A stretch of 62,795 nucleotides of DNA, counting the filler, from Syncephalis fuscata S228 (lineage: Eukaryota > Fungi > Zoopagomycota): NCBI GenBank assembly GCA_025786725.1. It is 3 parts of 3 records of this genome, joined end to end, with 100 filler letters (N's around TTAATTAATTAA, not from the genome) between each part and the next. Parts side by side here need not be neighbours in the genome. Positions count along the whole stretch, not along the records: positions 1 to 28,812 come from JAHLTZ010000096.1; 2 more parts are not named here. One strand, written 5' to 3'. Of the stretch, positions 1 to 18,692 are shown in pieces. Made by a program: the position numbers and the translations under genes. Every line of letters begins with the position of its first letter. The first letter of the stretch is position 1. The notes beneath the pieces were generated by a model. The model searched no databases. It saw only the letters and a list, made by a program, of their open reading frames with translations, and was not told the DNA's origin.

Positions 1-762
1 AAAAACAGTAATTACTAGTAATAAATTCTTTTTTAAAAAGAATACTTTTTAAAACAAAAATGTACAGAAATACAGTTGGTAAAAAGCTAAAAACTTATAT
101 AACCAACGCAATTATCGTATTGGCAATTGTGTCATATAGTAGCTGTACACAGTGACTGTGGTGCTTATATGCTGCAAAGTTAATGTATGTTTTAAGTTGT
201 TATAGATTGCCACTACAGATCATGCTGACAACAGTTTTTAAGTCTCGATAGCGGCAGATCGCACTGTCACTGTTAAGATTGCAAAGCTATTGCCAGATGA
301 CTAGCAATGATCTATAATAAAACATAGTATACAACTAGATTTCACAGCATATGCTTAGCGTAACATAAAAACAATTCAAAAATGCACCTACCGTGCCAAT
401 AAAAGTTGTCAAAAGCAATTATTGGAGTAATGATGATTTGCAAAAAGTGTAAGATTACAAAAGAGCAATGCAAGGACATAGTGTAAATAGTGTTTATACT
501 TGACTAGTAGTAATTCAAATACACACTATCTATATAGTATATATGGAGTGTACAAGTATATGCAATGGATATTGATATCAAGTGTGAAGAAGAGAAAGGG
601 AAATGTGATGACGTAGATTGTGAGATGTGAGCCTGTCAGTCAATATTTATAAACAGCCGAGTTTAATTCATTAATAAATGGAGTGTGAAATAATAAAAGT
701 CAATCTACCCAACATGTCAATAAATCATAGAACAGATTAATAGTAAATGAACAAATGCATTA

Positions 763-975
763 AGAATAAAAGTCATTTGACCCCCAAAACTGCTCATTAT
801 AATAGAACATATATTCAGTATAATAGCGAATGTAATAAAAGATTAATTAAAAGAATAAAAGTTATTTACACCCCCAAAAAAACACTCATTCATAAAACAT
901 ATATTCAGTATAATAGCGAATGTATTCAAAGAATAAAAGTCATTTGACACCAAACATCATTAAAATAAAACATAT
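763..975. repeat. Tandem repeat, ~80-90-bp unit, ~2.5 copies
   Basis: AAGAATAAAAGTCATTTGAC...AACATATATTCAGTATAATAGCGAATGTA recurs at ~763 and ~851, with a partial third copy at ~929. This explains the repetitive ORF 747..947. Confidence 0.85.
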
Positions 976-1136
976 CAATTTTCACCAAATTAGAGAGCAA
1001 TGATTTATATACTAATAAAGAACTATAATATTTATTCAAATAAACAAACGAGTAATAAACGAATGATATACTGCTATCTAAATATTTAAAATGATTAGTG
1101 CTATGGTTTGCGTAATTGTTAGCAAGTACTTACTTT

Positions 1137-2300
1137 TTAATTTAAAGTGGGCCTTTTTAAGGCGGGCTTATCGGAAAGGCTGCTCCGCTTTTTAATACTG
1201 GCTGCTGTTGCACTTTTGCAACCGGTAGTGCTTCTTCCAGCGGCAGAAGTAGAAGCGCCGCTGGAACTGCGCTTTCAAGTGATATCGATATACCCACTTA
1301 ATCTTGTTTGTCATTAAACTAATGGTGTTTTAATGCTTGTTTCGCAGTGAAGCGTGCTCTACTGTCGATGTCCAGTAGACGTTTCACTAGATCGACCGCT
1401 GCGCAATGTTAGTTATTGTTAATAAATATGTATTTGACTTACCTTTATGGCTGATTTAATCTGCTTCTTACCCAAAATTGAGCTGTGCAGTAAATACGGT
1501 CTTAATGTAAACAACAATACTAATGGTTAGTAATTGCATTAATAATAAATAAATATACTTACCACCATAAATAGTATCTTTGTCATGTAAATGCTAATAC
1601 AATGTTAGTAATTTAATTATTAAATTATAGTAATACTTACCTTAATTCCCTTAAGCAATTGTTTGAAAATATGTTTTACTTGCATTTCTGGAAGGGGAAA
1701 GTGGTGCTCAATATAACTCCCAAATCACCGCCTGCTGCGTACTCGATAAGCGAGTACGTATTCAGGTCGGTGGCTCCCTCTCCTAGCAGTTTTACGACAT
1801 GTAGATGGTCGCCCACCTCTTTCAAGGTGCAAAGCTCTCTTCTGAAGCTTCTATAGTCGCGATTGCACGACAAAATTTTGACCGCAACACGCTCTAACGT
1901 GTTGCGGTCTAGTCCAATACAAACTATGCCAAATTGGCCACTATTTCAATAAATTAATTAATCAGTCAGTTGTTTTATTTAGTTTTAATACTTACTCGCC
2001 AATAGATCCATTAAGGATGATATAGCGTGGGCGAATGACCTATAATATTAATAAATATGTTATTTTAATATTTAGTTATATTTATATACTTACTCGTTTA
2101 TATTGAATATTATTTTCTACTGGTGTTGAGCCAGTAAGTTTAAAACCGTAAACAATAGCAATATCATTGTTCTATATTGCTTTATAATTAGTTCAATTTA
2201 TTAAAATGTTCAATGTACTTACTGTTAAAGATTTGAGACAGCATCTAAGCATGAACTTTGAGTTCAGCTGATCGATGCTATATAACATTTTTGTATATTA
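1137..2300 (-). pseudogene. Decayed Ser/Thr kinase, paralog of the FHA kinase at 46892-49609
   Basis: Spliced reading VIRPRYIILNGSIG|GQFGIVCIGLDRNTLERVAVKIL...EYAAGGDL...|HLHDKDTIYG|...|AVDLVKRLLDIDSRARFTAKQALKHH*. Intron positions match the 47-49 kb kinase. The DIK/DFG/APE exons are absent and TAG stands where the paralog has Trp. The 5' limit is approximate. Confidence 0.75.
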
Positions 2301-5300
2301 TTATATGATAATCACAAAGGCGTAATAATAACACTCCAAATAAAAGTGATCAAACACAGTAATAATTAACAAAAATTATAAACAGATTACTATGGTAAAT
2401 AAAGGGAAATTTAGAATAAGAATTGTATTTGAAGTATGGATATATTATAAGGTTATGTTTATTAGTTGCAAATTAATGCCATATTTATAGTAGTTATAAA
2501 GCATCAGCAAATTATTCTTGGAACACTGGTTTGTACTGAATAACTAATTGAAATCAGTTCCAGTCGTCTTGTTAGTTCTGTTTAAGTGCGACAAGCATGT
2601 CAAATAAAACATTGGCATCTGTTGACGTATAACTATTATCATAAATATACCAGAAAATTGTAATTAATTAATTACTATTATAGCCTATTAGTATAATTTA
2701 GCAATCATAAGCAGTATTAATGTTTTATATTGCAAATTATCACTGAAATTTAAAATTTAAAAACACTTTATTGGCAAGTACAATGATATCAAAAGTTTTT
2801 TTGCGCTTTAAACAATAGCTATTATATTTTCAAAAATATCAATTTGATGACGTATTACTTGAAATGTCAAAAATGGTATGACACGGACAATGGCATGAGC
2901 AACTATGCTATTTTTATAACAATAATTATATCAAATCAGCATATTTTTATGCTTTAAAAGCTAACGTTGGATCTCGCACAAAATGACAGATAATAGCATT
3001 TTGATGTGTTAGATTTACTGCAGTATAACATTCTTTTTTTTTTTGAGGGGGGGGGGGGGGTAAAAGCAAGCGTTAGCCATTGTAATTTTTTTAAAAAAGA
3101 AGCAACAACAAAGACACAATGGTGTCATCATCATTGTTCCTATAACTTTAGCACATCTTTTACAATGACATTTTTTGATTGTGTAAAAATACAATAAAAA
3201 TTGACATGTTTGTTTAGCTCGCATATGCGCTAGGTAACTGACATTGTAATAATGTTTGTTTAGGTATTGAGAAAGTTAAAACAGATGCTTGATTATATAC
3301 TACAATGTATCAACTTATTTATATACTTATGCTTCAATCAAATGTAAGTGTTTTAATTGGCTCGCATTGCATATCAATGGTATAGTTCATATAATGCATT
3401 TTTTATATTTTAACACAACTATAGACTTAAATAGACCATATAGAACACACAAACAACCAGTGATATCATCATTAAACTCTGCTTTCTACTAGATAACCAC
3501 TACTAGTCATTTTATCCCAAGCATCCTGCATTGATCATTCTAATTTTTGGTTTAGCAAACCAATATTACTATAAATTTCTATTTTTATTATATGCATTAT
3601 TGTCGTGGCCTTTTTAGTCAATACAGTTATGGTGGATGCTAAAACAAACCAAGCTTGTTGCAGTATGTTACAATTACAATAAATGCGTAAACTGCTATAC
3701 TCACCCATACTATGTTTAATTAATAGTGATACTAGATGGTAGGCGGCGTCACAAACCAATAAAGTCTAAAAAATAACAATATTAAGTGGTAAGCAGCACT
3801 ACGAATTAACTGCCTATAAATAATCATATGCCATGCACCACATTTATTTATAAAAGTCCATCAATAGGCTGTAAGTGAAACTACATATTTAGAGACAATA
3901 CACTGATTGCATTCTTACACTGTGGGTGTAATAATTTGCAAATATACGTTTATAAACATAAAATAACTGGCACTTTAGGATATCGGCATAAGTAGTTTGA
4001 TTAAAATGCTAGCCCAATACAACTTAGGTATATATTTGGCAAGGATCAAAACCATTTTGGAAAAAGTGGGAGCATTTGCTAGTATTTGAAAATGTATTTG
4101 GTATGGTGGCACAATCAATTAAGAATTGCTGCATTGGGCAATTAAATCAACTAGCCAGTGTAAATATGACAATTATGCGCGGAAATGACCGGCAAATGGA
4201 AGGCAAAAAGTGAGCAAATATGGAAACAAGGAAGGGATTATAATCCAATTTACTGATAAGATGGTATCTGACATTAGAAGGTTTCAGTCAGTTGCAATAC
4301 GCCAATGAACAGTTACCACATACTATTTACCAATATTATCCATTCTAATTGGTAGATATGTTTTGGGGCAAGTTCATAAGTATGTATTGAGATTACTTTT
4401 GCTCATTACCTCGCCTTCTTCTGTTTCCAGTTGTTAATGTACTGTAAGTCGTTTGTTAATGGTATAGCATAAGGGGCAGTAGTCACATCCGGTGGTGTGG
4501 GGTCCCTTTTTGGTTGATCACGAAATACTGCGTTTCTGCTTGTGGGCTATATTGAGTGTATAATGCAGTATTTACAGACTACTGTATTATACAAGGCTTG
4601 ATAATCATGTGGTTGCCTGTAGTAGGCGACTGTATACTGGTGCAATGCGGAGACATGTGGAGTTTAAGGTGTGCAGTAACAATATTTAGCAAGTTGGAAT
4701 TGCCGCTGCACACTGACCTATGTTCAGGCGGCGACCTGTGATGGGTGGTCATACACTAGAGTCCATCTGCTTTTATTGCGCGCTGGAGGTGTGCTGGTAG
4801 GATTCAACTTGCGGAATAATACCACCACACACTATGTCGGATGTGGTATGCGAACACCCGTAGTAGGTGAACGTGTATTACCATACTGTTTACTTGTGAG
4901 CATTATTAAATGAATTACCTTATAGTACTAGTTTCAAACATCAGCTAGTATTCGGAGTTATCGTGAACTAGAGGATATAGGAACTGTAACGCTTTATGGC
5001 TTGATAGCCGAGGATCAATGGTATTTCTGCGATTGGTGACAACGTGGCAAAAACTAGTTACTATATTGTGGTTATTTGATAATGCAGCGGTATATGGTAA
5101 CATCAGCTCTTTAATCGTAATATGCAATGGTGTTCATTTGCTCAGCTTTACACACTAGCTACAATTGGGTGAACCAGTAGACTAGTAATGCTTATTGCTA
5201 CACTTGAATTACCGTTGCATATCATCCGTTTATTAGACCGTATTACCATCTTGATAGGAAGCTAGTATAGGGGCTATGTGCTTCTGACAACCGTTACTTA

Positions 5301-6021
5301 CGCCCAAGTCGTAGTACTGCCAGTATTCCAGGTGGACGCATAGTTTCTATATTAGACGATCATCATGATTAACAACTTTTAACAACCTTTACATTTATTT
5401 ATAATATGTATAACAAACAATATCCAAACAACAAAAGAACTATTTAGATGTGTTCTATAAATTACATATAGACAACAATCAACTAGATGTAAGTATTTTA
5501 TTACTACTAAACAATACTAACAATATTTGGTATAGCTATTCGAATATTGGTGCTGAGTCAACAAGTATATCTGGATTGCATTGGTCATTATTTGCCATTA
5601 ATTTTTCATGTAGTTTACAATATCAATTATTGCCTTCATCGGCACAAATATCAACAGTAGTATCATACATTGTTGCTAGTGCTATCACTTGACACGGTTT
5701 TCCAAATGAGAGAAATATATTCATTTGGTTTTTTATTCAGTCAAGTGTTAATTGGTATTGCTATTGCATGCCTGTTAAATTTGTTAGCTAATAAATGAAG
5801 AATCAGTGACGGCAAAAATAAGTGTGTATGTATTGAACTAAAATAATTTTAATAGTTTGTATGAAAGCGTTTATTGAAACAACGTAATACTATAATATTG
5901 ACTTCATTGCTATGGTTTATATATTTATATATTATATTTATTTATTTAAAAAAATTATTGATACTTAAACACATTATTGATTATTTATCGTAATACGGTA
6001 TTAAACGATTAGAGTTATTAA

Positions 6022-6170
6022 CATCTGCACAATTGAACTAGAATTTATTCTATTGAACATGGAATTAGATGGTGGGTGACGTCAGTGATTAAATGCTTAT
6101 TATCATAAACTGCTTATCCAGTATACATGCATCCTCATCCACCCATATCATTCCCATTTTATATTAATTC
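6022..6170 (+). repeat. Dispersed long-TIR (MITE/foldback-like) repeat family, one arm
   Basis: AATTGAACTAGAATTTATTCTATTGAACATGGAATTAGATGGTGGGTGACGTCAG...TATCCAGTATACATGCATCCTC matches copies at 25.6, 34.2, 42.5, 42.9, 46.6, 52.6 and 56.0 kb. A weak opposite end lies near 6700-6722. Confidence 0.75.
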
Positions 6171-7823
6171 TGTTTATTCTCTATAGGCTTCAACGTACTT
6201 TACTTACTACAGCCGTATACTTTTCATTCTTCATTTGTTATGTTTTATACTATTTCAAGCGTATTGAACATTGTTTTATCCAGAGCTGTTGTTTGTTTAG
6301 TGCTAGCTTTACGTGTTGCAGATTTGAATTATTTTGTTTATTGCATTATACTAGCAGTCATATTTGTTAACAGAATCACCATTCAACTTTATTTTTGAAA
6401 GAACAAATGTTTAGTTCAATTGCACGCCTATTATCAAATATTGTTTTTGACTCCCGATCACATTAGTTTATCAATAAATCGCTGATAAAACAAACCGCAT
6501 AATAGTATTAAATAATACACAGCATACTATATGATTAACGTGTTTTATTTAACTTATCAATAAACAGCAGTGTCCACACATTGAAATTAAAAGCTAAAAG
6601 TAAAATCGTACACGATATGTATGTATCAGTTTGATAACAATAGTATAGCCAATAACATAATAACATAATAACTACTAATGCCGTTATTCAAATGAGTAGT
6701 GTATTGTAATTACACCAGATGTAACTAACTGTAATGCATTTATACTTACAGAAAACGACGCTCTATTTAACTAGTAAAAGTGATAGTATATGATAGTAGT
6801 ATTGCAATACAAATATAATAACTAGATGGTGTATTAAAACAATGGAAAAACAAATATGCTGACTATCCAAGAGATAGGCACATAGTCACAAGAAGCAATG
6901 ATAGAACGGCACATGACATAGTTTATCAGCCACTTCAGTGTAGTTTATTTATGCTATGCACTTAGCTATGCCATACTGTTAGTAAAACTTGTTTGAAAAA
7001 ATGATGTGTGGCATAGAATGCTTGTTATAAATCTTTATAAGTATGTATAATACAGTTGGTACATGTTAAATTAGTGCATCAAGAATAGCCGACGAGAATG
7101 AAAGCAAACAACAAAAACCAGCAATATCCAATGATATGATCTTTTAATTCAACTAATTGTGGAGGCTTTAAACTAATGATCAAAATATCTTTTTAATATA
7201 TGTAAACTGTGCTGTATTTGTTTCTATTCAAACTTAGTAAGTTAGAATCCTTCATTTCAGTATAAGAACCCCATTCAGGATACCACTTTGTCATATCAAA
7301 CTACAATAAAAATCAAACCTAAGTATTTATAAAGTTTTTACTTTTAAGCATTAACTTATTTGCATTGAAACACAACGTTTTAAGAACATTGGAAACATGT
7401 ACAAGTGTTACCATGAATTGGCCAATTATGCAGCCAAGTTGTGGATATTATAAAAAACATTGATTTACATTTATTATAGATTAATGTAGTTAGTTGCCAT
7501 CATCGTAGTCTGTAATAAGCTATATCTTAATTATCTGTATTGAACCAATATTCAGTAATACAAACAATCATGTTAAACTGTTATTATTATAAGATAGATA
7601 TTAGACATGAGTAAAGCTTATGTATTGTTACGTGTTGTATATCATTTATTGTAAACGAATCGTATAGTAATTTTCTAACTACTTAAGCATAGCGACAAAG
7701 TGTAAACAAATACAGCTAAACATTTATTTACTATGTAATATTCAACTATAGCAGTAGTATTTATTCAACACTGCTTAATTATACACCTATGCAGGTGTAG
7801 CTTTAATTTCCAAAGTATTATTT

Positions 7824-9643
7824 CTACTGAGCAGGCAATTCCGCCAGATCTTTTAGTAAATTTTGATAAAAAGTAACACCTTCCAAATAGCCACTTTCAT
7901 ACACAAATTCATCGTGATCGTGGAGCAAGATTGGCGTGTTGCGCATCGGCGAAATGCCAAAGGCAATCAATCCAGTACCACGCACAAAGCGGGCATCTAA
8001 TTAATTGATTAATATGCCGTTTATCAATTTCATACTACAAAGTAAACTTACCTGTGGCAGCGGGAAATATTTCTGGATCAATGACAACATTACTGATCAT
8101 AATTGTTAGTATGCAATTATAGTAATTAATAATAGTGTTACTTACTGTTTCTTGCATGAATCACGTACAGCACGCCACCAAAAATTACTTTCATCCAATG
8201 ATGAATAGTCAGCACGATCACGATATTGAATAAACTCATAAGTGACGCTAACCATTACATTCATTAGTTAGAAATCTATTTATTATACAATACGCCAACT
8301 TACTCGTGCTTCTTGGCCAAATCATCTAACCAAGCGCGAAAAACAACCAAATCGGTAGTAGGTGTAATTCTTATATCGAATCCTATTAAAACTGTGTTAA
8401 TATTTTGTTATTGTTATATTTATTAGTAATTTACCAGCTTGCGCCATTTCCGGCACTACGTTGGCCTGGACACCAGACTAAACAGCAGATTTACCATTAC
8501 TTTCTATTTATATGCTCACACCATTATGCTAACCTTTAAGCTAGTAAGATTTACTGTTGTGACATCGCCCAATTTTAATTTCTTGCTGACCATAACAGCC
8601 TCTTGTTCATCACGGAATTTAAGCAAATCATTAATAAAATTCACCTGCAATTACCGATAAGCATCATTGATTAGACTAGGAATCAACAATATACTTGCCA
8701 CTTTTGGACCGACAGTATTTTGAATAAACTGGCTGCCATGGCCTGTATTTCCATGGCCTGTAACGGTAATCCACCAAGTTACACGTTCCGCATAGTATAG
8801 CTTGTAGGCATTTTCAGGATTAGCAAGACCTGTCCAGCCAAACATTAGATAGAGCCGGCTATTAATTCATTCCTACTACTAACCTTCATCCAAGCAGAAG
8901 CCAGGATTAAGTCCGGCAAATCCACCGCTTTCAATAAACGCAACCATGCCATCCTTACCACCAATTTCCTCATCTATCAAATGTTACACTAAAGCTATAG
9001 GCGGTCATTATCGATGGCTTACCTGGAACAAAAGTAAGATGTAGTGTACGACGTGGCTGCCAACCGGTCTGTTTGAGCCGACGTAGTCCTTCAGCATAAC
9101 TAAAGGTATGACGTAATCAGATATCGCCATACCAACAATGCCAAAAAATAGCAAACTTACGAAATACCAACGATTTTCATATCTTGAGCACCGCGGGCGT
9201 ATATTTTATAATCACCATCCTCTTGCAATACACGTGCTGCTCCAAATGGATCTTGCGTCCATTGATCCTAATAAAGTATTAATTGATTCATTTCAATGGA
9301 TAGCTACTATTATAGTTGACTCACTGGAAATACTGGCACCACGTCAGTGTGTGAATTGAGAATAATACTTGGCAATGAAGGTTCTGTGCCTTGCCAAGTG
9401 AGAATGACAACTGGCTTATTGGCAACCGGCTACATTGCTGGTCAGCAACAAGCAAAATGTCAAGTCAGGCTAGCGGCGACTTACTTCTACACGACGATAG
9501 TCGAAACCAATATCGTCGGCAAGTTCCTTTAGAAACGTGGCGCACGACTCATAGTCCGGCGTAGGCTGCACCGTTCGAATACGAAGGTACTTGCGGAAGT
9601 TTTCAACAGCAATAGTGTTATTTTCCTTTAGAGATAGCGCCAT
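7824..9643 (-). CDS. ACY1: Aminoacylase-1 (M20A N-acyl-L-amino-acid amidohydrolase), multi-exon
   Basis: [60 protein letters not shown] and final ...[12 protein letters not shown] introns plus one GC-AG intron (8645-8698). Confidence 0.93.
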
Positions 9644-9921
9644 TTTTAAATAGTAGAAATGATAAGCAGCACAACCATAGCAAATGGCAATAAGACGAAT
9701 TAGGTTGGGAATAAACTGACCATCTTTACTAGCTATATCGTTATCGCTAGTTTCGATACTCTGTTGTAACCAATCATTTTTGCAATCTGCTGTGTTACCA
9801 TTATGACGTTGAAATACACTTGCATGGCAGTGCCCACCATGTAAATAGGTGTCGTTAGTTTACAAGCTAAGCATTGTGACTAAACTTGCTTCCCTACTTC
9901 TTTTATATAGTTAGTGTTAGT

Positions 9922-12558
9922 ATGGAAGTGTCTGAGCCAATTGAATCGCTAAGCTTCTACGAGGTAAACCAGCGACAGACGAAGCATGAGCCGGTTAACA
10001 GCTCGGCCGATTTTGTTATTCGCTTTCGGTTTAAACCACCGTCGTCCAAAGGGAAGACACCTCGGGCTGAACGTGAAGCTTACGAAGCGAAAGTGCTTGC
10101 TGCTTATCGTAGCTTAGTAGCACGTATTACGGCTGCGTCACTCGAGTATGAAGTGCGTCGTGTCGATAACTCGCGACTACTACTGTTTATTCAATGCCCG
10201 TATGGCTTACTACGCCAACGCTTTGACCGTGCACGGTAAGTGAACACCACCACAATATACAACTAGAATGTTGTAAATACTAAATTTAACTTTATTATGA
10301 TGTAGCGTGCAAGATTGGGTTAGCGGTGTAAGTTTTGCCGCTCCAGGCGAACAAGATACATCGGCGGAAACGACTACACCGAGTGCTGATACGGCCACGG
10401 CTACCCCTAGTAAACCAGTCAATAGCAAGCGTCAACCACAGACCGATCGTGACTTTCAACAAATATCGACAGCCACCCGTATCCGACTAGCCCATGATTT
10501 AATTACTGGACCTGTCACTGAAGGTGGTGCTGGTATACGGGCCAATATGGACGAATTTGTCGAAGCGATTTATCCACTGCACGATAAAGCGTACAATATG
10601 GTAAGTAGTTGGTATATAGCACACACTATTACTACTACTACTAATAGACTAATAAATAAGGCGCTTATTAAAGATTGGGCCACTAAATGGTTAATTACAC
10701 AAGATGATTTACTATCAATTAGAAATCATTTTGGTGAAAAGGTAAGCACTTTTGCAATAATACTAATAATATTAATCATTAATGATATAAGATTGCTTAT
10801 TATTTTGAATTTCTACAATTTTATTTCGTCTGGTTGGGTATTCCCTCGTTGGCTGGTGTTTTTGTTTATTTCATCGATGCGGGATTCGCTCCTACTTACG
10901 CGCTGTTTAACGTGGGATGGTCGCTGCTTTTTGTCGAGATGTGGCGGCGTCGTGAACAGGAGTTGGCTACTTGGTGGTCAGTACGTAATTGTTCAAAATT
11001 AGAGCGACGCCGCCATGGCTTCCGTCCCGAGAGAATGGTTCTTGATCCAATAACCGATGAACAAGTGCCCTATTATCCAAGTTGGAAGCGTTGGATACGC
11101 CGTCTTGTAACAGTGCCAATTCTAGGCGCTATTGGTTGCGTATTCTTTATTGTTGTTGGATTTATCTTTGCCTGTGAAGTTGTCGTTTACGAGTATTATC
11201 AAGGACCATTTAAAGATATTGTGGTAAGTAGCAATAATAATAGCATTATTATTGTTGTTGTTAAAGGTTATTTATTTACTTATTGCTATACTAACCATCT
11301 ATTTAGTACTATGTACCATTGGTTGCTTACAGTGTGGCTATTTGGTATTTTAGTGATGCCTACACGGGTATTGCTCGATGGCTTAATGATTTTGAAAACT
11401 ATGAAACAGAAGAGCAGCACACACGACACTTTACCTACAAGCTATTTGTTATTAATTTTGCCGTGGGTTATATGTTTATATTCTACACTGCGTGGATACA
11501 TATTCCATTCAATGAAGAAATTGCCACTCTACTTGCTTATGTAACAGGCTGGCCCATCAAACCTCAGGCAGCCGGCGTAGAGAAACTACAGGAACGCGTT
11601 GTCTATTATGTATTAACGGCACAAGTCATAAACTTCTTCACTGAAGTGGGTCTACCGTGGTTAATGCGCGGTGCCACGACAGGTGCACAAAAGGTTACCA
11701 AAAAGATGACACGACCTGAAACGGCCATTAAACATCTTGAAGCCGACGTTGATGTACGTAAATTCCTCAAACGATGCTCAAATGAAGATGATTTGCCCGA
11801 ATATGACACCTATGAAGATTATGCTGAAATGATTACTCAGGTAATTAATACTAATTGTATTATTAACAATCTAGTCATTAACTGATTGGTTGATTCTAGT
11901 TTGGTCATGTTGTTCTTTTCTCTTGTGCCTGGCCTCTTTCACCATTACTTTCCTTTATTAATAACTGGGTAGAACTTCGATCGGATGCTTATAAGATTTG
12001 CGTACATACAAGGCAAGTGTTTTATTTAGTATCTTGATTGATGAAATATTAATATATTTGCTTTATTTCGACGGTATTTATTAGACGTCAAGTGCCAGCA
12101 CGAGTTGAAAGTATTGGTCCATGGATTAACGCCCTCGTAAGTCATGCCTACCATTTATATTCTATTAATGCTAAAAATGAGCAATTATTGTTACTTAGTT
12201 ATTCCTTAGTTGGTTATCTTCAGTGGCAAATGCTTTATTAATTCATCAATTTGGCGGTAATGGTGATCATAGATTCGAGGTAGTTTATCGTTCATTGGCC
12301 ATTACAATTGCCGCTGAACATTTATATCTTATCGCTCTCTGGCTTTTACGTGCCATATTGGCCGACATTCCTAGCTGGTCAACAAAACTTGCTCGTCGAC
12401 AAGAACACGACTTGAAGCGTCGCTGGCTTGAAGAAATGAACGTGCATCTACGCCGTACACGTAGTCCAAGTATGATGTCCCACCAAGAACAAGTAGAATT
12501 GAATGAATTTACAGATCTGGGTGTCCAAGAAATCAAGGATATCTTTAAACAAGAATAA
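9922..12558 (+). CDS. IST2: Anoctamin/TMEM16 lipid scramblase/channel (Ist2/ANO10-like), multi-exon
   Basis: YPLHD, IRNHFGEK, LNDFENY, YEDYAEMITQ|FG, NNWVELRSDAYK, RRQVPARVESIGPW and AEH motifs, with multiple TM segments. Divergent from ACY1 across ~280 bp. Confidence 0.92.
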
Positions 12559-12721
12559 AGACTAAAAAGACCCATTGATTAATAAAGATGCACTTGTTAA
12601 TACACCCGTTAATATTGGCGGCCCTTTTGATAATTGCCGAATAACTTTATTAAAAAAGAAGTAAAAAGCCTTGGCCGCATGAATAAGAATGGACAGTGAT
12701 TATTTAAAGGATATTTGCGAA

Positions 12722-17555
<4,834 letters not shown>

Positions 17556-18692
17556 GGTGGACTTGCTAATACGGCTATTCTGGCGATATGTTTTTAGTTT
17601 AAACAGAATAAAACAGATTGCGGCTCCAATTAATAGGAAATAGCCCAATAGTAGAGAAAGTAGCGTAATATTTGGAAATGACAAAAGTAAACAATGCACG
17701 CAATGACTGTCGTTGCTGTCACTGCTGTTATAATCTACCAATAACCAATCGTCAATGTTCAATCGATAGATTGAAAAGGATCTTGGCAAGTGAGCTGATA
17801 CAGTGTATATATGCACGTTTAACAGTGCATATACGTATCAATGCTTGAAGCAACAACAGTAGCTGTAATACGATTACTACGCAGTATGTAGTTAGCAGTA
17901 GCACAATAACCGTGACAATGGCGTAATCGCTACTGCTCTGTTGATTATACACTTGTATGCACGGTTATCAACTAAACAAGCGGCGAGTTAAGCAGGTTTT
18001 TCACCACTCTTGTCTGGATACCAAGTAGCCTTGGTAGATGTCAATAAGCAATCAATGACTAGTAGAGAGAAAAAGAGAGAATATAACTAGTATAGTAGTG
18101 GTTGACCAGAACGATAAGCACAAACACAATAAGAATTGTATGGCTAAAGGGAAGCAAGGCGACGACGACAATAACAACAACGGCGTCCCAGTAGTAGCTA
18201 TAGTGAGGGAAAGAAATCACTAAAAGAAAGCGGTAAAGCTTGTAAAAGGTGATTGACGTAGAAAATGGCGATGATGATGATGATGGTGTGTGTGTGTGTG
18301 ATTCACTTTCTGTGATGCAGTAATAGTTATCTTTTAATCAGTTATAGGTACTAATTAATTAATAGTTAGCTAGTTGGTTAGTTAGTTAGTTAGTTAATAA
18401 ATCTATTATTAAAAATGTTTTATTATATGTCTACTCTAATAATATCGTTATAATTATTAATAGGATTATAGTTGGGTATTAGAGTTAGCAGGGGATGATC
18501 CCTAGTGGTTAATCATTATAATGATTTATTGTTTCATAGCATATATGCGTGATTCCTTTTTCTATTGATTAGGCATACTCTTGTTTCGTTATTTAAACCT
18601 GGCACCTATTGTATCTGGTATTGATATACTCTACCACATCAACAAACACTAAAGATAAATAACTGTGTGTGTATGCCTGTGCGATCGTAACG

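Noticed and set aside
1-540. Possible decayed membrane-protein gene on the - strand
   Set aside because: Hydrophobic fragments only, many stops, no identifiable motif.
763-975. CRISPR-like array
   Set aside because: Eukaryotic context and whole-unit tandem duplication without unique spacers.
3034-3060. T11-GA-G14 run, and (GT)n microsatellites at ~18286, ~29298 and ~38531
   Set aside because: Simple repeats with no supporting context, and homopolymer lengths are unreliable in this assembly.
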